Shown: positions 9,721 to 22,858 of the stretch, piece by piece | How positions within the stretch are numbered: position 1 is the stretch's first letter | Layout: every line of letters begins with the position of its first letter | NCBI GenBank assembly: GCA_964035545.1 | Contig: OZ037768.1 | Coordinates: forward strand, 4,248,741-4,312,740 | DNA from: Bugula neritina | Lineage: Eukaryota; Animalia; Bryozoa | Direction of reading: 5' to 3' | Length of the DNA: 64,000 nt | Position numbers and translations under genes: made by a program | Notes under the pieces: model-generated | Seen by the model: only the letters and a program-made list of their open reading frames with translations | What the model was told of the DNA's origin: nothing | Database searches by the model: none

Positions 9721-10030
9721 CTTATCGTTATTTTATACTTATAGTTATTACTTATAGTTATTGAGTTATACTTATACTTATACTTATAGTTTAACTTTAA
9801 AACTGAAGTTAAGACTTAATCTGTTAATTATTAAATTTAAGTTAATGTTAATGTTATACCTAAAGACTATAGTTATACTTATATTAATACTTAATCTTAC
9901 AGTTATTCTAATACTTAAACTTTAACTAATAATATTACTAATAACTTATACTTAAAGTTAAACTGATAGTAATACTAATTCTATTACTTATACTTAATCT
10001 TATACTTATAGTTATACTTATACTTATAGT
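9721..10030. repeat. AT-rich hexamer-based low-complexity tract (CTTATA/GTTATA) upstream of MND1
   Basis: Repeated TTATACTTATAG variants; a short similar stretch at ~2110-2141 lies on the other side of the Gypsy insertion. Confidence 0.8.
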
Positions 10031-10550
10031 CATTGAAGTCATTGTGCTAGCATTTAAATTAGACAGTTTACTGTTAGTGTTGCTCGTAGTCACTGTAAAA
10101 GGTCAAAGTGTGACTTTCTTTGAGAATTTAGGTAATTGATAAATGCACTTTCTAGCTATCACTAAATTTTGGACATAGTAATAGGCAGTAAGTATTTCGT
10201 ATACATATACGTAAAGACTGGGCCTAATAATATAGCTAGGCATTAAAAACTCTCGTTCATTCAAAACTATCTTTTTTAGTTTTCTTGGAGTTTTCCTACT
10301 CTTGATCTTAGTTTCACATTTTTGTCAATACTCACCAAGTAATTTAAATATAATAGAATAGCCATATTTGGTGATCGGATAGCACCTGATTGCTAACTTC
10401 AATGATGCACTTGTTGAACTTGTATCTTCTGCTTTCTTATTATGAGCTACTTTATAAATCGAGCCGTATTGTGTTTAATTTTTAGACAGAAGAAGCTCCA
10501 TGTGTTATAAACTTTCACTTCAAACTTGATGGGAACAAGGTCAATACAAC

Positions 10551-13500
10551 ATGGTTTGTCTATAATAATAATATATCACATCATACAGTAGCTTTCTTGT
10601 ACATCAGAAATTTATACATCAACCTTTTTTTTTAATTGTAACATCAGTTCTGTAGAGTTAAAACTTGTATGAGTATGTGGTTTTTACAGTTTTTAAAATC
10701 GAATATAGTTTTCAACATTAGCAATGTTGTTCAATTATAGAGATTAAAAATACTTTAAAACTGTTGAAGTTGTCAACCTCGTTGTGGATATGAGCACTGA
10801 ATTTAGAAGTTTAAATGCATTGAAAAAAGTTGATTTCAGGATTATATTAATAATGTCTAACTATGAATTGCTAATATGTAGCTAGATTTTGGCCATCACT
10901 TCATAGCAGTATGAAAACATCAAATGAAAATGAAATGAAAACTCAATGCTCTTATGTTTTTAGTCTAAGAGGAAAGGATTAAGCGTGGAAGAAAAGCGAA
11001 CAAGAATGATGGACTTTTTCTATGAAAAGGTATTTGCTGCATTTTTGTTTATTATTCAACGTGAAAAATTGAACAACCGATTTTGTATATCTGTTTTTTG
11101 AGAACTAAAATGATTAATGTAGAGCTTTAAAAGGTTTCATCATATATTGTGAAGAAGGAATAGTTTAATGCAACTTCTAGTTGATCAGCTAGAAAAAATA
11201 ACTCTACACTGTATAAAAGTAAACATGAGTTTTCTGAAATGTAGAGTTATTTTCTCTTGTTATAATTTTGGCTAAACTGCATACAATCATTTTACTAAAA
11301 ATACTTAATACTAAAAAACATAATTTTTAGTGGAGCTAATTATTCCTAATCATAGATAATTAAATTAATAATGTTATAAATAATTTTAATTCACAAATAG
11401 TTAAAATTTATGCCATTGTATTTTTATATATTTCTTATAACATTTTTTTAAAGTTAACACTAGTTGATTTCCTGCAATATTATTCAGATCTTTGATTTAC
11501 ACCCAGATTTAATTTCAAAATGTTACTGTTTGAAATTGCCATTTGTTTTATAATGTTATAAAACACAAAATGCTTGCGCACTGTCATATAAAAAGACAAT
11601 TTACTATTTAGTACGTGTTGATATCATACTTTACTGTCAGTATTAGTAGTTATCTCTCCTTTGCTTAAAAGATTATTACCACGGATTGAATTCAGCACAT
11701 TTTTTAAGTTTTCAGTCTGTATGTGATTATGTATCAAGTTAAGTGGGCTTGGCTATACAGGTTTTCTTTTCACTATTGGTAGTTGTCTTTCCTTATTATA
11801 TCTACCTAATCATTAAAAGCTCATCATTGTTGGTAGATATATTTAATAAACTTCATTGAATTGTCATCAAAAACCTGTTACTAGTACCTTCTATACTTCC
11901 TGGTAACTGATTGCCTGGGGAAGTTGCTGGTATATCCGTGGGACTACCCCAGCAATATGTATGCACTTAGTTATAATTATAAGACATTCTAGAACAAACC
12001 AGTTCATAATATTGCACAGCTTATCAACACTTTGAAGTGTGAACTGAATCAGGAAAAACCTTTCTAGAAAGTTCTCGATGGTCAGTTTGAAAAAATTATT
12101 GTGTATGGCCAATTGTGTCAAGCTAGATCTATTGTTGGAATTCCCTAACAATACATCCCAATGCTTATCATATTTTGGGAAATTACAGTGTAATTAGAGT
12201 CTTCTGCATCATGTTACCTGCTAAGAATAAAATACAGTCTAAAGTCTGTCACAGTGTTGTTAATATGATGACCATCTAATAAGCACTGTAAACTCTTAAT
12301 GCTTGCAGAAAGACTTTTTCCAGTTAAAAGAACTGGAAAAGTTATGCCAGAAGGAAAAGGGCATTACATCAATGAGTGTGAAAGACATTCTCACCAGTCT
12401 AGTTGACGATGGGATGGTGGACACAGATAAAATTGGGACCAGTGTTTACTTCTGGGCTTTCCCTGGTAAAGCCAGGCAAAAGGTATTTGAAAATCAATAT
12501 CTCAGTTAGCATATTTTGTGGCCTGCATTGTACGTTCTCTGTAACACATATACACAGCACACTCTCACTAGTAACTAACGGCAAACCATGGCACTGGCAT
12601 TCTAATCTCCAATATAGAATAATTGGTTAGTAGGTTATAGTAGTGGACTAGATGGCCTACTGAGAGTGATATGTCCTAATGGTATGTTTACCAAGCTAAG
12701 TAAGGCCCACGATTAGCACTAAACGAATCTTTTCCTGCTAAAACATGAAATTTTCTATACTATTATTTGCCGCACAAAGTAGTATGCTATTTGATTACAG
12801 CATCAAATGAAATGAGCTGTAATTACAATGCATTAATTTATAAAAAGAAATTGAACGTAATTTTTAGTTATAATGAGGATATTGAAATCTCCCAAATCGT
12901 TTGCTCAATTATTTACCAGTGTATTAATTGCTGCAAGCTATCCTATCATCATGTGCAGTCTGAAATTCCTTAGCATTGTGATTGTATACTTCCTCAATCT
13001 GTGACACAGTATGACATCTTCTAAATGACAAATTATGCTTAGTGATTAGGCAAATTTTTACCACAAAACCTCTTTTACATATATACCTGCTTTATATGTA
13101 AAAATGTTCATCATTTTCAATATCTGGTGTAAAACTTGTTCATTTATGTGTCCCTCTCACTTTTTGTTTCTCTGATTATTTACTTATGTAAATCTATATC
13201 TTAAGGTTGCTGGTGCAAAGAGAAGTTTATTTCAGAGTTCACTGTTTGCAATGTTTTTTATTGCAGAGCCAAAAAAGACTTAATGATCTCACATCTAAAC
13301 AAAATGAATTGACAGCTAAAAAGCAGAAGCTGGTTGAATTGATAGAGGAAGAGTCCAAGGGTAAAGAACCCTGGTAAGAGATGTATAGTTGTGCTGGTAG
13401 TGTGTCATTGTGGAGTTTTCTTTGTACTTTCAATCAGTTTGACTAACTGTGTAAAATTTTAGTGAAGAAAGAGACAGAGTTCTTGAGTTATTAGCCCAAA

Positions 13501-14465
13501 AGACTAAGCAGAGAGATGAGATGAAAGAGGAGTTGCAAGCGTTCAAAGAGAATGATCCAGAAGTTATAGAATCTGTTAGAAAAGATACTGCAGTAGCACA
13601 TGAAGCAGCCAATAGATGGACAGGTAACAGTATGAAAACAACTCTTTTTATAAATACTTACTCACGCAAGTGTAAAGTCACCATTCCTGTGAGAAAGCTC
13701 CTGATGGAAAGGGTTTTTGTTAAATTGTGCTAAGGACTTATTCAGATGGGACACAGGAACAATTATGACTAAATGCTCTTCCTAACATCACCAATGGCCT
13801 TTGTCAGGGTTCGAACCCATGACTTCGTGCTTATGAAGCAAACGCTCTAACCCCTAGACCACAACTCTTTAAATAAATACTATCCTAGACTTATTTCAAA
13901 TGAACTACCTCGTGGAATTAGTTTTAGAAATTTAGAGAAAACAAAAAGAAAAGTACATAATGATCTCTTTAAGGCATATCCATAGTCACTAATACAAGAG
14001 TGGTGGTACCTGCTCTGTTTCTATTTCTAGTAATTCTGCCCAGTGTTTCACATTCTCTTACCACTGGCCCAATCCGTGAACAGTAATTCTGAGCAATGTT
14101 TGACTATTTCACTGGAAATTTTTAAATTCTTATAATGTTGACAGCTACTGCTACTGTTGTGAAGCTTCACCCACTTTTTTGGCACATAGCGCTAGTCTAG
14201 TGGCACTGCAGTGGACTTTGAACTTTTCCAATAACAACTTTAATTAAACAATGAAAGTCTGCCTGTATGTCATCACTAAAAGTAAGGTTGTTGACTTTAT
14301 GTTATCTTACACTTGAGTTCTGTTGAGTTACGCTGAAATACCTCCTTTATTTCTGTAGATAACATTTTCTGTATAAAGTCTTGGATCAAGAATAAATTTG
14401 GCTTCGACACATCAACTATAGACAAACAGTTTGGTATTCCTGAAGACCTGGACTACTTAGATTAA
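10551..14465 (+). CDS. MND1: Meiotic nuclear division protein 1; exons 10551-10553 (ATG only, tentative), 10964-11029, 12309-12482, 13267-13373, 13463-13623, 14359-14465
   Basis: [58 protein letters not shown]|[15 protein letters not shown]...[11 protein letters not shown]. Splice phases are consistent throughout. Confidence 0.96.
13659..13860 (-). mobile_element. tRNA-derived SINE in the last MND1 intron
   Basis: Minus strand head TGGTCTAGGGGTTAGAGCG...CAT loop...GGTTCGAACCC (A and B boxes). Flanked by 21-bp direct repeats at 13638-13658 and 13861-13881 (19/21 identical). Confidence 0.7.
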
Positions 14466-15322
14466 CTTATAATATATGTTAACAGATTATTGTATTTTTA
14501 TTTATTTAATTACTGGTAACTATTTTCTACTTTGCTTTTGATAGTTTCTCAAGTTGAAATATAAGTTGAACATGGTCTCAGTCATATAACTTCAATCTCC
14601 AGGGATTTAAATAACATAGTGCAAGTTCTTTTGTTTCCAAGTGTGAGCAACGAGTGTTATGTCAACGAGGTGTGTTTATCCCAGAAGGCAGCAAACATCT
14701 ACACGTTATGCTCCACATGACTCTATTCACTAACATGTGCATTCTCTAATTTCTTAATATACTCGGAATAGAATTTATTTACTACAATGCACAAAGACAA
14801 TGCGTAACTAAAATTATTTCAATGGAATTGGATTCCATTTATTCAGAGCACATGGATGGTGTTGCCATGCATGTCAACATTAGTGTATGAATTAAAAAAG
14901 TATGTTGTAAAAATTACAAGTAGTCCGGAACTCTAATGTCCTATATAATATGTCCCCCATGGTGACAAGGGTAAACAATACCAACATAATTACTTAGTGT
15001 GTGGTTATGAAGCATAACTCACAGTATAATATCCTCACATATTTTGCCAAAGCTGCAATAAAGTAATTACTGGTACATAAGATAAAAATACACAATTATC
15101 AGGGAATGTCAGTACACCCCTCACAAGAACCCATGAAATAACATTATCAATGCTTAAATTATTTTTGTAAATTATTTCCTTGTTTAATTGGTGGCCAATT
15201 AGATGGCTAGGCTTGAGCCTTCCCATTGTAGCACCCAGATAAATATTCATTATACATAGAAAAACTAAATCTAAAAAATTCGCTATAGAACTAGGATTAT
15301 TTACATAAATAAAATTAATATG

Positions 15323-18300
15323 TCAAGCAATACAGTTGTCTTTAGTTTTAATGTCTTCGATATGACAAAGCCCTTCTAAGACTGATAGTTTGTAAGTTAT
15401 AGAGTCTAATGTATCTTCGTCACTAGTGTTGGATATCTGCTTGCTCAAAGAGGCCTTGTCACTTTGATCATCAGGCTGTTCAGACTCCAACTCCTGCATA
15501 TTATTTGAGGATTGAGAAGAAGGTTCTAGATTCACATCTGTACCCTCTGTTGAAACGGTGCCATTATATTGGCTGTTTTCAGAATAGTCATTGGATTGAG
15601 ACATCTCTGTAAGAGTTACTCTTACTGGAATATCGGTTTGTAGATTAACTAGTTTCTGTTCTAAAATAGGAATACATTCCCGAGCTTGTGCCACAGTCAT
15701 CGGCGGGCAGATGTCTATGGATACAAACTTGGAAAGTTGGTCGGGAGTGTAGCTTATTTTCTTCTACAAAACAAAAAGCAGGTTCCATTATATTCACTGC
15801 CAGTTTATTTCAAAATTAGTGTTTACGCAGACAATTAGCATCCCAACTAGTGAATTGCGTCATTGTCATCATAGATGCTGATGCTATACCCAAACCATGA
15901 GGAACTGGCATGAATCATACGACATGACCTAATAGCTGCACCACAGCCTGTAGATGGACAGCTTACAGTTTGGTTATCTATTCATAGATTACCTTGCAAG
16001 CTGTTGCTGCTGGGTGTTGGACAGGTGGCACCCACAGGCACAACAGCATTGTGCCTATAACATAATATATCAAACAGAATTATTGCCAACCAATAAACTT
16101 AGAACACATCCCAGTGCGTTCTTAACACTGATTTTAGCCTTGCTGCTAATTCAATTACAGCTCATTACTGTATAGATTTTCTAGTACATTCTATAGAAAG
16201 GTATTTTTTGTTTGCAGTGTTTTGTCATGTGATAAAGGCTGAATGGAATTCCGACTCATTGCATCATTCTTGCCAATGTAATCACGGACTGGCACAATCT
16301 ACTGGCTACACATAAGCAGTATAATCAATGTATATCCACGTGTAACTAGTGTGGCAATAACAACTACCATTTATTAAATCATGTGATACAGCCAACACCT
16401 TATCAGCTCACAGATGAACTAGAGATCCTTCAACTAAACATTGCATCATAAAGAGACCATCAATGAGAGCTGAATATGCAGTGCCTACCTTTTTCTGTCT
16501 CTGTGAGGACCGGTCATCCCCAATTTGCTTAGTTAACCGCTCGCAGAACTCTATGAGCTGCTGGCAGGTGAGCATTTCTGCTGTTTGCGGTTTATCAGCC
16601 ACCTTTTCTGCTAAACTGTAGTAAACAAAAGACAGCAGTTAAGTTGACCTGGTACCACATGCTGACCTGTGCCAAAGTTCATGCAGCAGCAATATAATGG
16701 CAGCACTGTTGCTTGCAGTTGTGCTAAATGGCACTAAGCCAACATTTTGACTGTATGATGCAAGAATTCACACTGCAAGACTACAAAGTAGAGTTTAGAT
16801 TCCAGGACTTACCCAAGACATCTAGTTTGGTTGTGATGAGGCAGCCAATTATGCTGCTGCTGCTTCTGTTTATTGTCCAAATCTACCTGTTTGGCTGCTG
16901 CTTTCTGCTCAGCGTAGGTCTGTTGGTGTTTTGTAAATTGTTCCTTTAGTGACTGTTTCTGATTATTTTTTAGCTCCATTTCTAAAACACAATACAGCAC
17001 AATTATGAAAATGCACGAGGTGTGAACAAACAGTATTAGACTTACAAAGCATTACATAACCATAATGTTTCTGCTACATCATGAGACTGAGTCAACAGCG
17101 TTTTATATGCACTTGCATTTGAAAAGCAGCTGATGTGCACATGACACACTGTGGGGGGGGAGAGAGAAATTCCATGTCGTTATTTGTTTATAATTCTTTT
17201 ATGACTGATAACTGAACTATACGGGAATGTAACCTAATTTATCATACTTTGTTTTGAGGTTATCAGTTAACAGTAAGCCAGGCTGGTGAGTTGGAATCAA
17301 TTACATTATTACGTTATGCACCTTACTTGAGTGTTGTGAAATATGCAGGCAAGTTAATAAAGAACCTGTGTTTATCTACTTAAAATAGGTTGAGGCTGCG
17401 TTACTAGAGTGTATAGTTGAGTTGTATCACTACTCAGAGTTTCACAACAGCATTGCATCAAAACATTTCCTGGTATGAAGATGGAGTAGCAATGACTAAT
17501 GATAAGGCAGGAAGATGAAGTGGCATTAGTTAGTATAGTTGTAGCAACTGAAGGCTTAATTCACTACTAAGTAGAGTACACTCAGACTGAACCCCTGACA
17601 CACTTCATTTATTAACATATTCACATATATCTTAGCTATCCTCTACAGACTGAGGGTTGTAAGCTCAAACAATTCTGTTTTACAATAAATTTTCACTCAA
17701 GCTGATGAAGTTCTCATTTGTCTGTAGTATTATATCTAACTAATACTAATTACTGCTGACTTTCATAGCATGTTATTCTTAGCTGCTGCAACACAAAGCT
17801 TAAGCACTGGTCTGGGTTATAAGTTTAAAGTTTAACAGAAGCACTTCTATGGCTTTGGTTGCTAATGCCATCACTTCTATTGTGTGCTTTACCTTCACGA
17901 AGTTGACTTTCCAATGCCTTGCATGTTGTCAACTTTTCTCTCGTATCTTCCTCTTGCTTTCTTATTGCCACAATCTCCTTGATGACTTTGTCTCTGGCAG
18001 CTCTCTTGTCATACTGACTTGATCTCAAAGCCTTCAGCTCTGACTGTGTGCCAAGGTATTCACTGGAACAACCAATATATTACTACAATCTATTTATTTA
18101 CATATAATTGCATGCTCTGGTATATTGACTGCTGAAAATTTTTCCATAGGCAACACTCACATGACCCGATACAGGAAAATTTCAAGTGGAAATTAGCAGC
18201 TAGCAGTCGGACACAGGCCTAGTTTACGCACTCTAGCTGCAGCTATGTCAATAAATTCTAGTGAGCTAAACAATGGTACAACTTGGTACTCAATGCCTCT

Positions 18301-20101
18301 CATTGTTCACTCTAAGCATTGCTGTGTAGCTACTATCGTAATTACACTACATACGTTTCTAGTATAGAATGGAATTGTACAAAAACAGAAATTTATTTTT
18401 AGAAATTTAGGTTTAAGAAATTTTAAATTTAGATTTACAAAAACAGCTTAACAATTGAAATTTCATAAGAGATCTAAAAATATATGATGCCATAATATGC
18501 TACTGCCCAAATATACTGCTCCATAGAAATTCACAATGGCTGTTTGCATACAGTGGATTTTTTACAGGTTGGCACTGTTCCAAAGTATGTGGAAACTTTA
18601 GTTAAAAAGTGGAAAGTACTTATCTACTCACCCCACAACTTTCCTTGACCTATTTAACTTGTCAATCTCGGCTACTATCTTCTTCTCCTCACAGTGCTTG
18701 AAGTGCCGACTATCTAAATGCACTTGCAACTTTCTATAAATAAAATCAAACTTATAAGTAAGTCAGTAGCTTAGCAAAAATCCTCAACAATCAACACAGC
18801 AAGCTCTTAGTGCTTTATGTAGCACGTACCATGCGGATGTAAATATTCTCGGAACTGCTGGCAAAATTTATTAGCCTACTGAACTTTTACCCTTGGCAAG
18901 TTGTCTATTAGGTCATATAGTAATACATGTATGATAACAGTATCTTATTCATGAAGGCTCTGACTCTAGCACTGTCAGATGATGCAGTGCTCGCAGTTTG
19001 AAAGCATTCAATCAACAAATAAACTATATTCCAGATCACCCAAGAATATTTAAATAGCAGCTAGTTTACATCAAGTTGCACAGAAATGCTATACATTTAT
19101 GGAGTGATGGTTGGGGTTTAACTGTTACCTGATAGCATTATCCAACTTCTGCAAGTCTCTGTATTGAAGTTTTGACTGTAGCTGTCCAATCTTTTCTGAC
19201 TAAAACAAAGATTTTACTTACACAATAGAGCTATACTTCAACATAGTGTGTTTAATATAATATAGTGCTAACATAATATAGTACAGTGCTAATATAACAT
19301 AATATAATATAATATAGTGATAATATTGAGCTTAAAGATGCAAAACTAGTTGTATTCAAAGTAGCGCATTTTGCAGATTTCACACTATTTATAGTGCAGG
19401 CATATACATTATGCTCTCTTGTCATATCTATTGTAGAGAGTAACATTTCTGTTCAAATATCCACTATTCAAGGTAAACAGTGTACATATGATTAGTCTGG
19501 GGATAAGCGACTTAGTGACAGTAACCATATCATAGCATGGACTTACCAGTTTGTTTATGTTGACACTCATATTATTCACACAAGCCTCTACTGACCCCTT
19601 CTCTGTGAATTTGGCTGTTTTTTCTTCTTTCAACTTATCAAGTTTTGCAAAGAGATCATTTAGCATAGCTTTATTTCCAGCCTACAAAACGAAAAACAAT
19701 TAGATTGAAGTGGCTAACTGTCGGAAATATTTATTTCTGTAATATTATGACTGCAGATGTGATGGATAGTTATTGTAAATGATACATATTATGATGCATG
19801 ACTCTATTAACCTAAAACGACCTTGACCAAAAATGCCCAACATTGATCTCTATTTAAACAGTACAATATAATATGAGTAAATATAATACGATGATTTCAA
19901 TGATGTAAATAGATTACAGACATAAGAACCTACCAATTTTACTTGTGTAATCTGAATTTCATCAGCCAATTGTCTGCATAATCGTTCAAAATTCTTTCTT
20001 GACGGTTTACATATTTTACCGTCAGCAGTAGTAGGTAACTCATATTCGTAACCAGAGTTTTGCACAGGCATTGTGGTCTTGCATAAATGTTCTTTATCCA
20101 T
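15323..20101 (-). CDS. Coiled-coil protein resembling fungal Bfr1 / plant proton-pump interactor; exons 20101-19934, 19681-19547, 19199-19129, 18733-18632, 18062-17893, 16981-16813, 16615-16489, 15763-15323
   Basis: All eight exons join in frame at GT-AG sites. Motifs KPSRKNFERLCRQLADEI, LQYRDLQKLDNAIRKLQVHLDSRHFKHCEEKKIVAEIDKLNRSRK, EMLTCQQLIEF and FVSIDICPPMT...LEQKL. The gene is well supported; the family call is from recall only. Confidence 0.7.
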
Positions 20102-20374
20102 CAGTATTGCTCACTAAAATTAAGAACCAAACCAATGTTAAAGTTGCATATTGGCATTCAAACTGATTACCTGCTTTTGAAAAACTTCCTTTCAAATATT
20201 TACAAATTGAACTACGATCAACAACTAAGTGATTTTTCAATATAAATATGATTGAATTTAATTAAAGAATAGTTAAGACTTTCTTTTTGACTTAATCTGA
20301 ATCTTAATAAAACTTAAAACCGCCACTTTCACATTAATTTTGTAATTTATAACATTCATTGTGGTAGCCATACG

Positions 20375-20890
20375 TATTTATATTAGTATTATAGTAATAC
20401 TAATACTATTAGTATTACTATTAATATTAGTAATACTAATACTCTAATAGTAATGCTATTAGTATTACTAATAGTAATACTAATAGTGACTAATACTTAT
20501 ACTATTACTAATAGTAATACTAGTATTACTATTAGTATTAATATTACTATTACTATGTAACTATTAGTATTAGTAAATGTAATACTAAGACTTGCAAGTT
20601 ATAATCATAATGTCAATGATAATCAGAATTAAGTATCAACTTTAGACTTAGTAACTGTAAGGATGATCATAACTACATATATCACATTCAATAATCATTA
20701 TGATTATCACTTAACAGTTATCAGTATGAGTATCACTATCATGATAGTATAAGTATTACTATTACTATTAGTATTAGTAATACTAATAGTAATAAACATA
20801 GTAATACCAATAGTAACTGTAAGAGTAAGACTAAGTATAATACTAATACTAATAGTAATACTAATACTAATAGTAATACTTAATAACAAA
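20375..20890. repeat. AT-rich (TAA/TAG/TAC)-based tract upstream of the Bfr1-like gene
   Basis: Dense ATTACT/AGTAAT/ACTAAT repeats. Confidence 0.85.
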
Positions 20891-21359
20891 TAATTTTAAT
20901 TCCTCTAGCCTCTTATTCTACATGATAATTATTCAATTATTAATATTATTAGCAGGAATTAACAACAACGCAAAACTGCGAACCATCAATAACACCTGTA
21001 ATAGTAAAAAAACTAAGCGGCATTAGCAATTAACACCAACCTCCCACTTCTGCGCGACACACACTTATAGTATACTAATACACGCGATTGATATATAAAC
21101 ACAACGAAAGTAACGCTGACTCAGCACGCTCAGACTTGTTTTTTCAGTTTAGACATAGTCCATAATTGAAATGAAATTAGTGAAACGGGTAATACCTAAA
21201 AAATCTTTCAAAAACTGTTGCTATTTTATTTCTAAGAACTCAGGTTAGAGATTTAGTTCCGCATTTAGGTCGCAAAACTCGTTTGTTGGAAAACCCAATA
21301 AACCACATGATCTCCTTGGGTGGGACCGAAAGCGAGGATTCGCTGTGCACTCAGAGTAG

Positions 21360-21544
21360 GAGTGGTCACTCTGGGCGGAGACTAACACAGCTTATTATCA
21401 AACATACCACCTACCTAGGCGCAACAAACTTGTCATAGGTGCTGCAAAACATGAGCACTGCATCATGGTTTCTCCGACTTAAACCCCACTTCTTCAATGC
21501 AAATTAAGTAGGCTCCAAACCAAAATGTCCAGAGTGAACCACTC
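21360..21544. mobile_element. Possible MITE bounded by ~16-bp inverted repeats
   Basis: GAGTGGTCACTCTGG (21360-21374) and CCAGAGTGAACCACTC (21529-21544) are reverse complements with one indel; GC-richer than the flanks; no TSD seen. Confidence 0.3.
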
Positions 21545-22858
21545 AAGTTATTTTCATTAGGAATGCAACTCCGAATAATAAGGCAAAGTTTAAATTTTGT
21601 TATTATGTATTTCTATTCAACCACAAATAGTCAACCATTAATTTATACAACTTTCTGAAAATATGCTACCAGTTGCTTTCAATACCAGCCTCTACAACCA
21701 AATATATGATTAAATTTGTATTATCTAGCATAAAATAAATGATGCAAGTATAATTATATATGCAATACATTGAGACTGAAGCAGGTTTTTATTGAAGAAA
21801 TTATTGCTTAAGGCAACAGCTAGTGCAAATTTAAAATATTTACTATTTTGCTTATGATGAGTCCAACACATTCATAGTATGATAATACACACTTATTAAA
21901 TTTTTAGACTTGCAGACTCTTCACACATTAAATTCCAAAACTTTACACAGAATGGCAACTTTATGTTTGCAAGCAACATGCGTTGTTTTGCTTAATACCA
22001 CTACTGCAAATAATGGTTGAAATATGAATACAGAAATTCCGTTTATTGCATTGAAAATTAAAGGTTGCTAACTTAAAAGTACTAAAATCTCGAAATGACA
22101 AAATAGTAACACTACAAGAGAAAATTCTACTTCTACAAGCAAAGTAAAAAGAACAGTTGGAGTTAGAAAAAAAAAATATTGTAAATCTTCCACACTATAT
22201 TGATTACAAGAAGTGAACATTCCAATGCTTTTTACCTGCCTACGTAAATAAGTTGATTTAACAAGACTAGGTTATAGAAACGTCTGGTGGTTAATGCAAG
22301 TATATAAAAACAATTATGATGTCAACTTGAAACGATGAAATAAAATTTAGTTCAAGAGATTTAGTTTCTAATTGTTTTTGTAGAAGAAAGTTTGAAAAGT
22401 ATGAAAACATATAAGGTGACATTCTTATAGCTTCTCTAGATTTATAGTAGTCTATGTTTTAATGTTATTAGATGTAAAGACTCCATTCAAAAACCTCGAA
22501 AAACTTTCTATTATGATAATTTGAGGTGAAAGAACAATGCTACAGTGACTTTTATTAAGCAATATTTCCACAACCGCGACATATTAATTAAAAAAAATAT
22601 CCAAATAACACCAATAGTAAAGGAATAATAGATAAAAAACTACATTGAAGAATTTAGAAACTATAAAATAACAACATGACACCCGGTTCCCTGCCCCTAC
22701 ACAAAGTTTGACTCGTGACTAAATGCTAAACTGGCTTCGCTAAAAAATTACTGAATTGCTGAGCAGATAATTTGGTTGTAATACTTATACGGATAATTTT
22801 TGCCATCTAACCCAGATTGACTTTAACACTCGAACTGTATTACTGAGCCAACTAAGAC

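Noticed and set aside
10270-12220. Possible nested antisense gene in MND1 introns (ORF 11891-12151 and several donor-like sites)
   Set aside because: Could not assemble a phase-consistent model or recognise any motif.
13796-13868. Functional tRNA-Met gene
   Set aside because: Acceptor, anticodon and T stems pair poorly, and it is embedded in a longer TSD-flanked element; better explained as a SINE head.
21303-21350. Hammerhead ribozyme-like arrangement (ATGA-stem-CGAAA-GCGA/TCGC)
   Set aside because: The core CUGANGA is not present and the cleavage-site base is G; at most a decayed relic.
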